A stretch of 32,000 nucleotides of DNA from NCBI RefSeq assembly GCF_000018465.1, contig NC_010085.1, positions 150,001 to 182,000 on the forward strand, read 5' to 3'. Under the pieces are notes generated by a model that worked only from the letters and a program-made list of their open reading frames with translations, searched no databases and was not told where the DNA came from. Below, piece by piece: positions 1-8,946 of the stretch. The stretch is from Nitrosopumilus maritimus SCM1. Lineage in GTDB: Archaea > Thermoproteota > Nitrososphaeria > Nitrososphaerales > Nitrosopumilaceae. How positions within the stretch are numbered: position 1 is the stretch's first letter; each line of letters begins with the position of its first letter. Made by a program: the position numbers and the translations under genes.

Positions 1-347
1 ATAATGAAAAAATTGTATTGGGATCCTTATTTGATGGATTGGGATTTGGAAATTCTTCTACTACTTTAGGACATGCACTGTCCTATGTTTTTTCAAATGA
101 GGGAATTTCTCATGGTCATGCTTTAGCATTTACTACTTCTGCTGCTCACAAATTTAACAAATCAAAATATTTTGAACGATTTGAAAAACTAGTTTCTTTC
201 TTAGGTTTTGAACCCATCACATTAGAGCAATCATTAGATCATGCTACAGAAACAATCTTACCTGATAAAAAACACCTTGATAATAACCCAATTCCTGTAT
301 CGAAAGACGACATCTATAACTTGTTAAAAACAATTATTTCAAAATAA
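1..347 (+). CDS. iron-containing (group III) alcohol dehydrogenase, C-terminal fragment; the 5' end lies left of the window
   Basis: The frame of the listed 18..347 ORF stays open back to base 3, so the gene enters from the left edge. TAA stop at 345-347. The translation carries the Fe-ADH metal-site pattern LGHALSYVFSNEGISHGHALAF. Confidence 0.75.
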   Translation, partial: NEKIVLGSLFDGLGFGNSSTTLGHALSYVFSNEGISHGHALAFTTSAAHKFNKSKYFERFEKLVSFLGFEPITLEQSLDHATETILPDKKHLDNNPIPVSKDDIYNLLKTIISK

Positions 348-348
348 T

Positions 349-645
349 TTACTCATCAAAAATTATAACTTCATTTTGATTTTCGATGACTCTATAATTT
401 TTTAAATCTCTACCTGGATTAGTTACACAATTTCCTTTAGAAATATCAAATTCCCATCCATGACCCCCACAAGTTAATGTTTGTCCTTTAACAAATCCCA
501 ATTCTAATGGCCATTTGGCATGAGGACAGATTCCACTAACTGCAAAAATTTGTTCCCCGTTATTAAAAACAATAATTTTTGGACTGACTGATACTTCGAC
601 TAATTTACCAATAGGAATATCTTGTTTTTTTACAGTGAATTTCAT
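349..645 (-). CDS. Rieske [2Fe-2S] ferredoxin-like protein (98 aa)
   Basis: Both Rieske boxes are present with canonical spacing: GICPHAKWPL (CxH) and LTCGGHGWEF (CxxH), 16 residues apart. The ATG lies 2 nt after the stop of the upstream MBL-fold gene. Confidence 0.85.
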   Translation of the reverse strand: MKFTVKKQDIPIGKLVEVSVSPKIIVFNNGEQIFAVSGICPHAKWPLELGFVKGQTLTCGGHGWEFDISKGNCVTNPGRDLKNYRVIENQNEVIIFDE

Positions 646-647
646 AA

Positions 648-1970
648 TTAATGTAATCTATTATAGATTTTGTATATATTGCTAATTCTTGTTGGATCTG
701 GATCATATAGCAAATTAATGAAATGTTCGTTCCATTGATCAGGTTTTCTATCCCCTTGCCACCTAGCTGATAAAAATAATGTTTCCCAAAGTAGTTCATT
801 ATTAACTGCTTTTTGAACTAAATGTGCAGGGATTTTCATCCAATAATTCCAATCATCCGTTTTTCCTTCTGTTACAAAAGAACCTGATTCCTTATCTTTA
901 GAAATATCTAAAATATACTCTCCTCCATTTTTACCGTCTGCAATCAGTTGAACTTTCATATCGATATGTTTTCGTGCAACAGGGTTTTCAGAGATTATTT
1001 TGTTGAAATAATCATATATCTCATTAGATAATTTTTGTGAAGCTTCTCCTTCTTCCTTCCATCGTCTATTAAGATCTTCTTGAACTTGGATTGAAAACTC
1101 ATTTACTACATCTGTCTTGTCTGATGAAAAAATTGGATTATTATTTTTGGTGTGTGTGCCATCAATTGAAATTTCATCATCTGCTGCCATGGCTACCACT
1201 TCTGTTCCTAAATTTCCACTATTATCCCACGCCTTTTTTGGTTCATCAGGACATCCAAAAACTGAGATGGGATAGTTTAGTTTTAGTTGAGATTCATGAG
1301 GAAATAATGGGCCTCCAGCATACGGAATAGCAAATTTTGGTTTTATAGTATTTACATAATTTACAAATCCATTGATTTTATTGTCTTTTCTTTTAATAGC
1401 AATTTCATCTCGTTTCTCTTTTGAATAATTATATGCATCTGGATACCAGTTTGCCACAGAATACATGAAAAATCCAATATCTGGTTTTGCAGCATTTACT
1501 TTCTTAAGGGATTCAAAATCCATTTTACAATCAGTCTGACAAAAAACTGTTCCTTCTTTGCTTTTGATAAGTAAAGCGGAATCCTCAAACATCAAATCTG
1601 GGTTTTTAATAGATGTGATTTCTAAACCCTCATTAATTTTTTCAGGTTTCCAAGAGTCAAGAACAGTGATGTTAGAAAATCCTAATTCTTTGATAGCATT
1701 ATGAAATCTATTTGTTGGAAAATTACAAATATAGATTTGTGTTTTTTTATCAAATTGACATAATGATTCTGCTTGAAAATGATCTTCATGTTCATGAGAA
1801 ATGTAAATTGCGTCAACGTCAGTAGGAATGTTTTTCTTTGTAGCTGGTTCTCTTCTAAGTGTATACCATGTGTTTACATTGCAAGGACCAACAATCCATG
1901 GATCAACAATTATTCTAAAATTATTCGTTTCAATTAGTGTACAAGCTTGTCCTAAAAATCTTACAAACAT
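648..1970 (-). CDS. metallo-beta-lactamase-fold protein (440 aa) with a ~200-aa C-terminal extension of unknown function
   Basis: N-terminal FLGQACTLIE...IIVDPW followed by ISHEHEDHF (HxHxDH metal motif). Long uninterrupted ORF, tightly coupled to the Rieske gene downstream. Confidence 0.8.
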   Translation of the reverse strand: MFVRFLGQACTLIETNNFRIIVDPWIVGPCNVNTWYTLRREPATKKNIPTDVDAIYISHEHEDHFQAESLCQFDKKTQIYICNFPTNRFHNAIKELGFSNITVLDSWKPEKINEGLEITSIKNPDLMFEDSALLIKSKEGTVFCQTDCKMDFESLKKVNAAKPDIGFFMYSVANWYPDAYNYSKEKRDEIAIKRKDNKINGFVNYVNTIKPKFAIPYAGGPLFPHESQLKLNYPISVFGCPDEPKKAWDNSGNLGTEVVAMAADDEISIDGTHTKNNNPIFSSDKTDVVNEFSIQVQEDLNRRWKEEGEASQKLSNEIYDYFNKIISENPVARKHIDMKVQLIADGKNGGEYILDISKDKESGSFVTEGKTDDWNYWMKIPAHLVQKAVNNELLWETLFLSARWQGDRKPDQWNEHFINLLYDPDPTRISNIYKIYNRLH

Positions 1971-2014
1971 AAGTTTGTTTTAACCCAAATGGATTTAAAA
2001 GTTACATTAATTAT

Positions 2015-2839
2015 TCAACTAGAATTTTTCCCATTGATATATGATTTTAGAAGATCCGTTTTGGTAAGAACTCCCCAAATAATGTTGTTGTCATTTAATA
2101 CGCCTACTCCGTCAATTCCTTCTTTAAGTAATAATGAACAAACTTTAGAAAGATTCTCCATCATTGGAACTGAAATAATTTCTTTTGAGCTTAATTCCTG
2201 ACCTTTAATCTTATCTGAATAAAATCTCTCAAAAAGAAGTCCTGTATCTAATTCTTCACTTTGAATTGAACTAGTATTCAAATTTCTAAACCCTAACTTT
2301 AACAAATCTCTAATTGTAATAATTCCTGATGAAATCTCATTTTCTTCTTTAAGAATTAATCTGGATATGTTGAAATCAATCATTTTTTTAAAAATATGAT
2401 TGATTGGTAGATCTGAGAATTCCCATAAATAATCATTTGACATTATTTCAACAGCTTTTTTCTCTTTCAACTCTGCTTGAATATTTTTAACAATATCCGT
2501 TTTTGTTAAAATTCCATTAATTTTTTCAGATTTTATTCCTAAAGATCCAATATTTTTCTGAACCATTTCCTTTGTACATGATTTAAGATCTTCCTCAGCA
2601 TTAATAGAAAAAATTTTTTTTGAAATTTGTTCTATTGGAATTTTGTTAATTGATTCATTTTGTTTTTCAAGTAAAAAATGACAAATATCTTTTTCACTAA
2701 CGATTCTTGTTATAACGCTGTCTTCAGAAATCAAAACTCTACTAATTTTTTCTTTTAATAATTTTGAAATAGTTTCTCCAATACTTATTTTTTTGTCTAT
2801 TGTAATGGGTGAGTTCATTACATTTTTTGCAATTTTCAT
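2015..2839 (-). CDS. CBS-domain protein (apparently tandem CBS pairs, no other domain)
   Basis: Repeated CBS-like segments (...VLISEDSVITRIVSEKDI..., ...GILTKTDIVKNI..., ...GIITIRDLLKL..., ...WGVLTKTDLLKSY...). ATG at 2839. Ends 44 nt upstream of the MBL-fold gene on the same strand. Confidence 0.7.
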   Translation of the reverse strand: MKIAKNVMNSPITIDKKISIGETISKLLKEKISRVLISEDSVITRIVSEKDICHFLLEKQNESINKIPIEQISKKIFSINAEEDLKSCTKEMVQKNIGSLGIKSEKINGILTKTDIVKNIQAELKEKKAVEIMSNDYLWEFSDLPINHIFKKMIDFNISRLILKEENEISSGIITIRDLLKLGFRNLNTSSIQSEELDTGLLFERFYSDKIKGQELSSKEIISVPMMENLSKVCSLLLKEGIDGVGVLNDNNIIWGVLTKTDLLKSYINGKNSS

Positions 2840-2954
2840 AAATTATCTGAATTTAATTACTATATCAATTGATTATATATTATCAAGATTGAAACCATTC
2901 GTGCCTAAGTTTGCAGAAATTTAGTTTTAGTGAGATTTTCTATTTCAGCATTAT

Positions 2955-2961
2955 TTTAAAT
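2955..2961 (+). promoter_or_regulatory. TATA box (TTTAAAT) for the GT2/sulfotransferase transcription unit
   Basis: TTTAAAT starts 34 nt upstream of ATG 2989. This spacing fits an archaeal TATA at about -26/-30 and a leaderless or very short-leader mRNA. Confidence 0.4.
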
Positions 2962-2988
2962 AGTTAAAATTAAACAAAATGTACACTT

Positions 2989-3954
2989 ATGATGAATGAA
3001 ACCATGGAAACTAAAAAAAATTCTATGTCTGATGAAATCTTCGTTTGTATTCCTTCATATAATGCTGAATCTACAATTGAGGAAGCCATTAAACAATGTA
3101 AAAAATTTGCAACTAGTGTTTTAGTAATTAATGATGGTTCTTCTGATAAAACTGAAGAAATTGCAAAAAAAGCTGGAGCAGAAATTATTACACATAAACA
3201 GAACAAAGGATATGGTGGCTCTATCAAAACTGGTTTATCTGAGGCTTTAAGACGTAGAGCAAAAGTAACTATCACATTTGATGCTGATTTACAACATGAT
3301 TCAAATGATCTTCCAAAAATTATTCAACCAATTCTTACCAACAAAGCAGATATTGTTATTGGTTCTAGATTTTTAGAAGATAATGATAATGTTAAACCTT
3401 ATAGAAAATTTGGAATAAAATTGATAACACGACTAGTGAATTCTTTTTCTAAAAATAATATAAGAGATGCCGAAAGTGGTTTACGCGCTTATAACTATGA
3501 ATCTTTAAAAAAAATTGTTCCAAGTTTAGAAACACAAGGAATGGGAATGTCTGCTGAAATTCTTTTGAAAGCTGCTGTAAATCAATTAAAAATAATTGAA
3601 ATTCCTAGAAAAGAAATGTATCCTGATAATGTTCAAACTTCTTCTCAGAACCCCTTAAAACACGGTTTAACTGTAGTTTTAACAATCATCAAATTAATTA
3701 TTGAAACAAAACCATTACCTGCATTTGGAATTCCATCTCTTGTTTTTTTCTTTATAACTGGAATTAGTTCTTATTTTGTTGTTGAGTTTTACAATGAAAT
3801 TGGCAGACTTCCTGTAGGACTTACTATTTTTACTTTGAGCACTTTGACTATAGCATTTTTCTTAATAATGGTAGCAACAATTTTGTATGTATTGAGTAGA
3901 ATTTCTGCAAAGTTAAATTTTCAATTACATAATGATCTAAACTCAAATAATTGA
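2989..3954 (+). CDS. family 2 glycosyltransferase with C-terminal transmembrane helices (dolichyl/polyprenyl-phosphate sugar synthase type, GtrB/DPM1-like)
   Basis: GT2 signature VCIPSYNAESTIEEAI...VINDGSSDKTEEIA...NKGYGGSIKTG...FDADLQHD (DxD-like). The C-terminus has hydrophobic helices (LPAFGIPSLVFFFITGISSYFVV, LTIFTLSTLTIAFFLIMVATILYVL). A later start at Met13 (3025) is possible. Confidence 0.85.
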   Translation: MMNETMETKKNSMSDEIFVCIPSYNAESTIEEAIKQCKKFATSVLVINDGSSDKTEEIAKKAGAEIITHKQNKGYGGSIKTGLSEALRRRAKVTITFDADLQHDSNDLPKIIQPILTNKADIVIGSRFLEDNDNVKPYRKFGIKLITRLVNSFSKNNIRDAESGLRAYNYESLKKIVPSLETQGMGMSAEILLKAAVNQLKIIEIPRKEMYPDNVQTSSQNPLKHGLTVVLTIIKLIIETKPLPAFGIPSLVFFFITGISSYFVVEFYNEIGRLPVGLTIFTLSTLTIAFFLIMVATILYVLSRISAKLNFQLHNDLNSNN

Positions 3955-3959
3955 TGTAA

Positions 3960-4847
3960 ATGCTAGCTGCTACTTTTTCAAGAATGATAAGAAATGTATT
4001 TTTTTATTCATACCGATTGGCTACTAGCTTTTTTAGAATGACCCCTAATTTTATTATTATTGGGGCACCAAAATGTGGCACCACATCTCTATACAATTAT
4101 CTAATACAACACCCACAAATTTTGTCTTCTTCTAGAAAGGAACCAATGTTCTTTAGCATGTTTTATAATAAGAATCCATTATGGTATAAAATTAATTTTC
4201 CTATAAAATTTGGTCATTCTAAAAAAATTACTGGAGAAGCTTCTACATCCTATTTGATCTATCCAAATGTTCCAAAACTTGTTAAAGAAATGTTACCGGA
4301 TGTAAAAATTATCATTATGTTACGAAATCCGATTGATAGATCTTTTTCGCAATACACTCATCATTATAGATCTGGAGTTGAGACTTTGTCTTTTGAAGAA
4401 GCAATTAATGAAGAAGAAAAAAGACTTCAAGGTACTTTAGAAGAAATAGAAAACTCAAAACCTCTAAAAGGTTTTTCATACCTGAAGTCTCTTTTCTTTT
4501 TTAACCCCTCTAATATCTTAACATTTTCAAATTTATTTGGAGGCATTTATGTAGATCAAATTAAAAATTGGACAGATGTGTTTCCTTCAGATCAAATTAA
4601 AATCGTTTTTAGTGAGGAATTTTTTAAAGATTCAGACAAAATTTATCAAGATGTGTTAAAGTTTTTAGAACTTCCAAGCTACAAATTAATGAATTATAAA
4701 GCATTTAATGCAGATTATAAAAAAAATCCATCTGTTTCAAATCCAAAAATGAATATCGATACTCGCAAAAAACTTGTAGAATATTTTAAACCTCATAACA
4801 AACGTCTGAGTGATTTTTTAAATAAACCAATTAACTGGGATAGTTAA
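3960..4847 (+). CDS. PAPS-dependent sulfotransferase family protein
   Basis: 5'-phosphosulfate-binding loop FIIIGAPKCGTTSLYNYL and 3'-phosphate-binding motif IIMLRNPIDRSFSQY. Starts 5 nt after the GT2 stop. An alternative start at Met27 (4038) would remove a 26-aa N-terminal extension. Confidence 0.8.
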   Translation: MLAATFSRMIRNVFFYSYRLATSFFRMTPNFIIIGAPKCGTTSLYNYLIQHPQILSSSRKEPMFFSMFYNKNPLWYKINFPIKFGHSKKITGEASTSYLIYPNVPKLVKEMLPDVKIIIMLRNPIDRSFSQYTHHYRSGVETLSFEEAINEEEKRLQGTLEEIENSKPLKGFSYLKSLFFFNPSNILTFSNLFGGIYVDQIKNWTDVFPSDQIKIVFSEEFFKDSDKIYQDVLKFLELPSYKLMNYKAFNADYKKNPSVSNPKMNIDTRKKLVEYFKPHNKRLSDFLNKPINWDS

Positions 4848-5857
4848 TTAATTTTCTTCTTCAAAAATTCTATAGATTTTACTGGTGAAGGATCTATTTT
4901 TTCAATTATTGCTTTATAGATTGAAGAATAGTCTAACAAGTATATCAAGTAGACTAATTTTGTTAAAATAGAACCTGTTGGTGAGGAAATAACATTATAC
5001 TGAATATGGTTTTTCTTAAAATACTCTTTAACAATTTTTTGTAATTTTTTAGTTTTTATATAATCATCTTTTCCTTCCAACAATATTGGTTGTATTGAAC
5101 TAGTTTTTTCCCAAGAAACTATTCCATTATGTGACATTTCTATAATATCTTCAGACATGGCATGAAGTTTTGCATTTTCTTGTAATGAATTCTTGAATCT
5201 AATTGCAGCTGCTTTGAATCCATTTGGATAATATATTATTGGAATGTTATTGATCCATTTTGCAAGTTCTAATGATTTATTTTTTTTATCTAATTTGTGT
5301 GATGCAATATTTTTTGAAAGTTGTTCTAAATCATTAATTGATTTTAAGATAATATTTTGTTTTAATGGAATCATTGGTTCAAGAGTATTTAGAATTGAAT
5401 AAAAAAAGCTAACAAACGAAGCTCTAGGAGAATGTACTATAGGAATTTGTCTATATTCAATTTTATTATTATTACAGAATTTTTCAATTTTACCTCCTGA
5501 TGAAAATGCAATTATTTTACATCCTCTTTTTTTTGCTTGTTTTAAAACAGTATGTGTTTCAATAGTATTTCCTGAAACACTAATTGGAATTACAAGAGTT
5601 TTGGGATTAATAGATTCTGGTAGATGGAATCCTTTGATTGTTGAAACATTTAGATTAGTTTTAGAAAAAATAGATGAAAACCCATCTCCAATTGAACCTG
5701 AACCACCCATTCCAGAAAAAATTATTTCATTAATGTCCTTGAAATCTATTTTTTCCGTTGGTTGAAAAAATGCTTTACGTGCAAGTTCTGGCCATTTATC
5801 ATATACTTCACACATCTTCTGGGGATCATATTTTTTCAAATCTCTAGATGAAATCAA
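4844..5857 (-). CDS. SIS-domain bifunctional phosphoglucose/phosphomannose isomerase-like protein
   Basis: SIS sugar-phosphate binding pattern IIFSGMGGSGSIGD...VIPISVSGNTIETH...IIAFSSGG. TTG start at 5857. Its stop overlaps the sulfotransferase stop (TTAA at 4844-4847). Confidence 0.7.
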   Translation of the reverse strand: MISSRDLKKYDPQKMCEVYDKWPELARKAFFQPTEKIDFKDINEIIFSGMGGSGSIGDGFSSIFSKTNLNVSTIKGFHLPESINPKTLVIPISVSGNTIETHTVLKQAKKRGCKIIAFSSGGKIEKFCNNNKIEYRQIPIVHSPRASFVSFFYSILNTLEPMIPLKQNIILKSINDLEQLSKNIASHKLDKKNKSLELAKWINNIPIIYYPNGFKAAAIRFKNSLQENAKLHAMSEDIIEMSHNGIVSWEKTSSIQPILLEGKDDYIKTKKLQKIVKEYFKKNHIQYNVISSPTGSILTKLVYLIYLLDYSSIYKAIIEKIDPSPVKSIEFLKKKIN

Positions 5858-5949
5858 CTACGATAATCAATTTTATATGAAATATAATGTTTAGTTATTC
5901 CAAATAAACTAATTTCTTAAAATATTAGTGCCTATATTGTGAAATCTGT

Positions 5950-6876
5950 ATGAAAATTCTTGTAACTGGTGGAGCTGGATTTATTGGAAGGCACTTAATA
6001 AAAAAAATTAATAAAAAACATGAATTAATAATTTTTGAAAATTTTTCTAATAGTGATGAAAAAAATATTTCCTATTTATTAAATGATAAAACTAAATTAG
6101 TTAAAGGTGATCTAACTGATTTTTCTTTGATCAATTCTAGTTTATCTAATGTTGATCTTGTAATTCATCTAGCAGCAAAAATTGATATTTTGCAATCAAT
6201 TGAGCATCCTGATCAAACACATAAAATCAATGTAGAAGGAAGTTTGAATCTTCTTCGAGCTTGTGTAAAAAATAATGTTAAAAATTTTATTGCTGCTTCT
6301 TCTGCAGCAGTATATGGTAATCCAAAACAAATTCCTGTAACAGAGTTTACAATTCCTAACCCTGTATCACCATATGGTGCTGATAAGATTGCTTTAGAAT
6401 TCTATTTACGTGCTTTTTGTAATGCTTATGGAATTAATGGAATAGCATTAAGATTTTTTAATGTTTATGGACTTGGACAATCTAATGCTTATGCTGGAGT
6501 TATAACAAAATTCCTGAATCAAATTCATCAAACTAAACCATTAAGAATATTTGGAGATGGAAAAAACACTAGAGATTTTATTCATATTGATGATTTAGTA
6601 ATGGGAATTGAACAGTCAATTTCAAACATATCAGGTAAAAGAGGAAGTGTTTACAATTTAGCAAGTGGCAAATCTGTATCTGTTAAAGAATTAGCTAAAT
6701 TGATGCTAGAAATTTCAGACAAAAAATTAGAAATAAAATATGAATCTCCTAGAAAAGGTGATCTGCTTTATAGTTCTGCCTCAATTGATTTGGCCAAAAA
6801 TGACCTTAGTTTTGTGCCTAAAATATCTCTAAAAGATGGAATTTCTAGTCTAATGAAGGAAATAAATTATCAATAG
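5950..6876 (+). CDS. NAD-dependent nucleotide-sugar epimerase/dehydratase (extended SDR; UDP-glucose 4-epimerase-like)
   Basis: MKILVTGGAGFIGRHL Rossmann motif, catalytic SPYGADK (YxxxK), and FFNVYG / TRDFIHIDD blocks typical of GalE-like enzymes. Confidence 0.85.
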   Translation: MKILVTGGAGFIGRHLIKKINKKHELIIFENFSNSDEKNISYLLNDKTKLVKGDLTDFSLINSSLSNVDLVIHLAAKIDILQSIEHPDQTHKINVEGSLNLLRACVKNNVKNFIAASSAAVYGNPKQIPVTEFTIPNPVSPYGADKIALEFYLRAFCNAYGINGIALRFFNVYGLGQSNAYAGVITKFLNQIHQTKPLRIFGDGKNTRDFIHIDDLVMGIEQSISNISGKRGSVYNLASGKSVSVKELAKLMLEISDKKLEIKYESPRKGDLLYSSASIDLAKNDLSFVPKISLKDGISSLMKEINYQ

Positions 6877-6889
6877 ACAACTTGATTTT

Positions 6890-7927
6890 ATGGTACTAAA
6901 AACTGTCGAATGGAAAAATAATAAAGTTGTAATGATTGATCAAACCAAACTTCCAAATGAATTGGTGTTTGTAGAGTTTGATGATTTTAATCAAGTTGCA
7001 GATGCCATAAAAAATCTTGTAGTTCGTGGTGCACCTGCTATTGGTGTCTCTGGTGCTTTTGGTTTAGCTTTAGCAGTTTTACAAAGTGATGCAGAAACCA
7101 AACAAGATTTAATTTCTTATCTAGAAAATGCTAGAAAAATTCTATTTGAAACAAGACCTACTGCAATTAATTTAGGATGGGGTCTTAACAAAATAATGGA
7201 TGTTGCAAAACACTGTAACTCCATCCAAGAAATCAAAGAATCTGTAATTGCTGAAGCCAAAAAAATGGCTGAAGATGATATTGAAATTAATAAAACTATG
7301 GGAAAAAATGGCTCTGTTTTATTTGATAATAATGACACAATTATGACTCATTGCAATGCTGGAGCTCTTGCAACAGTGGCATATGGAACTGCGTTAGGAG
7401 TTATCCGAGCAACTAAAGAAAGTGGAAAGCAAGTCAAAGTAATAGCTACCGAAACACGACCTATTCAACAAGGTTCTAGATTAACAGCTTTTGAATTACA
7501 ACATGATGGATTTGATGTAAGTTTGATTCCTGATACTGCAGTTGGATATTCTATGGCTAATGGATTGGTGAATAAGGTAGTGGTTGGTGCAGATAGAATT
7601 GTAAAGACTGGACATGTTTTTAATAAAATTGGTACCTATCAAGTTGCAACTATGGCTAAACAACATGGAATTCCATTTTATGTTGCAGCTCCTCTTTCAA
7701 CTATAGATTTGAAAAGTAAAGCAGATGAAGTTATTATTGAAATGAGAAAAGGAAGTGAAGTTACGGGTATTGGTGATAAAAAAACTGCACCTGATGATGT
7801 TAATGTTATTAATCCTGCATTTGATATGACTCCTCCTGAACTAATTACTGGAATAATTACTGAAAAAGGAGTTGTCAGTTCACCATATGAAGAATCTATT
7901 CAAAAATTATTTGATGAAAACAATTAA
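6890..7927 (+). CDS. mtnA: S-methyl-5-thioribose-1-phosphate isomerase family protein (MtnA / eIF-2B-related sugar-phosphate isomerase)
   Basis: N-terminus VEWKNNKVVMIDQTKLPNELVFVE, then VVRGAPAIGVSGAFGLALA, THCNAGALATVAYGTALGV and VGADRI, characteristic of the MtnA branch of the eIF-2B family. The exact substrate is not determinable here. Confidence 0.8.
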   Translation: MVLKTVEWKNNKVVMIDQTKLPNELVFVEFDDFNQVADAIKNLVVRGAPAIGVSGAFGLALAVLQSDAETKQDLISYLENARKILFETRPTAINLGWGLNKIMDVAKHCNSIQEIKESVIAEAKKMAEDDIEINKTMGKNGSVLFDNNDTIMTHCNAGALATVAYGTALGVIRATKESGKQVKVIATETRPIQQGSRLTAFELQHDGFDVSLIPDTAVGYSMANGLVNKVVVGADRIVKTGHVFNKIGTYQVATMAKQHGIPFYVAAPLSTIDLKSKADEVIIEMRKGSEVTGIGDKKTAPDDVNVINPAFDMTPPELITGIITEKGVVSSPYEESIQKLFDENN

Positions 7928-7953
7928 AATTTATCCTCTATTTGAAATCTATA

Positions 7954-8940
7954 ATGATTATGAAAAATATTATGGTTGTAGGTTGTGGTGGAGTAGGAAG
8001 TCGTCATTTACAATCTTTAGCAAAAATTGATTTACCTGTTAATCTATATGCTGTAGATCCTGATGAGAATTCTTTAAAAAATTCTAAAAAACTTTTTGAT
8101 GAAATCCCTCAAAATCATAACATTAAACAAGTTAATTTTTTAAAAGAATTTCCAAAAGATGTGTTAAAATTTGATTTATGTATTATTGCAACTTCATCTA
8201 ATGTAAGATTAAAAGTATTGAAAAATGTTATAACAAATTTTACTATTAAAAATTTAATTCTTGAAAAAGTTTTGTTTCAATCTATTGAAGAATTAGATGA
8301 AGCGGATAAAATTATTGATCAAAAGAAAATTAATTGTTGGGTTAATTGTTATAGAAGAGAAGAAAAATGTTGGATAAATATAAAGAAATTTTTTGAAAAT
8401 AATTCTAACTCAAAATTATATTATGGAAATGCTGATTGGAGTATGTGCTGTAATACTATTCATATTGTAGATTTAGCTGTATGGCTTTTTGATAGTAAAG
8501 TAGAACAAATTGAAAATAAAGATATAGAAAATAAAATTTATACTTCTAAAAGAGATGGTTTTATCGAATTTAATGGCATTTTAAATGGATTTTTAAAAAA
8601 TGGAACAAAATTAAAACTTGAATCAAACAATAAAATTCCATTTGAAAATGTAGAATTTGAAATTGTTACTGATACAAGAAAATTAAGAGTTAACGAAGCT
8701 AAAGGTGAGGGCTTTTTATCTAGAAAAGAAACTAATTGGATTCCTGAAAAATTTTCGTTTCATATACCATACCAAAGTGAAAAAACCCATAAAATTGCAA
8801 AGAAAATTCTAGAAACCGAAAAATGTAATCTAACTACTCTAAAAGAATCAGTGGAGATTCATAAACCCATTTTACTGAGTTTTCTTAATCATCTGAACAA
8901 AATTTCTGATAAAAAGTATTCATACTGTCCAATAACATAG
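7954..8940 (+). CDS. NAD(P)-binding oxidoreductase, distant Gfo/Idh/MocA-like
   Basis: N-terminal Rossmann motif VVGCGGVGSRHLQSLAK and an EKP-like LILEKVLFQS. The track ORF begins at TTG 7942. I prefer the first ATG (7954); 7960 is also possible. Confidence 0.6.
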   Translation: MIMKNIMVVGCGGVGSRHLQSLAKIDLPVNLYAVDPDENSLKNSKKLFDEIPQNHNIKQVNFLKEFPKDVLKFDLCIIATSSNVRLKVLKNVITNFTIKNLILEKVLFQSIEELDEADKIIDQKKINCWVNCYRREEKCWINIKKFFENNSNSKLYYGNADWSMCCNTIHIVDLAVWLFDSKVEQIENKDIENKIYTSKRDGFIEFNGILNGFLKNGTKLKLESNNKIPFENVEFEIVTDTRKLRVNEAKGEGFLSRKETNWIPEKFSFHIPYQSEKTHKIAKKILETEKCNLTTLKESVEIHKPILLSFLNHLNKISDKKYSYCPIT

Positions 8941-8946
8941 AAAAAA

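Noticed and set aside
605-799. 64-aa ORF on the minus strand spanning the MBL/Rieske junction
   Set aside because: It overlaps the 3' end of the 440-aa MBL-fold gene and the 5' end of the Rieske gene in another frame. Its composition is low-complexity and AT-driven, with no motif. I treat it as spurious.
1091-1330. Antisense or alternative-frame ORFs inside long CDSs (e.g. 1091..1330, 1989..2201, 2970..3275, 7117..7338, 11053..11238, 14380..14634, 14956..15267, 16361..16546, 17100..17546, 17817..18020, 18519..19102, 19974..20189, 20432..20665, 21663..22467, 23776..24072, 25875..26477, 26749..27258, 28199..28480, 30912..31118)
   Set aside because: Each lies wholly within, or largely overlaps, a longer ORF carrying clear family motifs. 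Their translations are low-complexity or Cys/Ser/Leu-rich shadows typical of the opposite strand of real genes.
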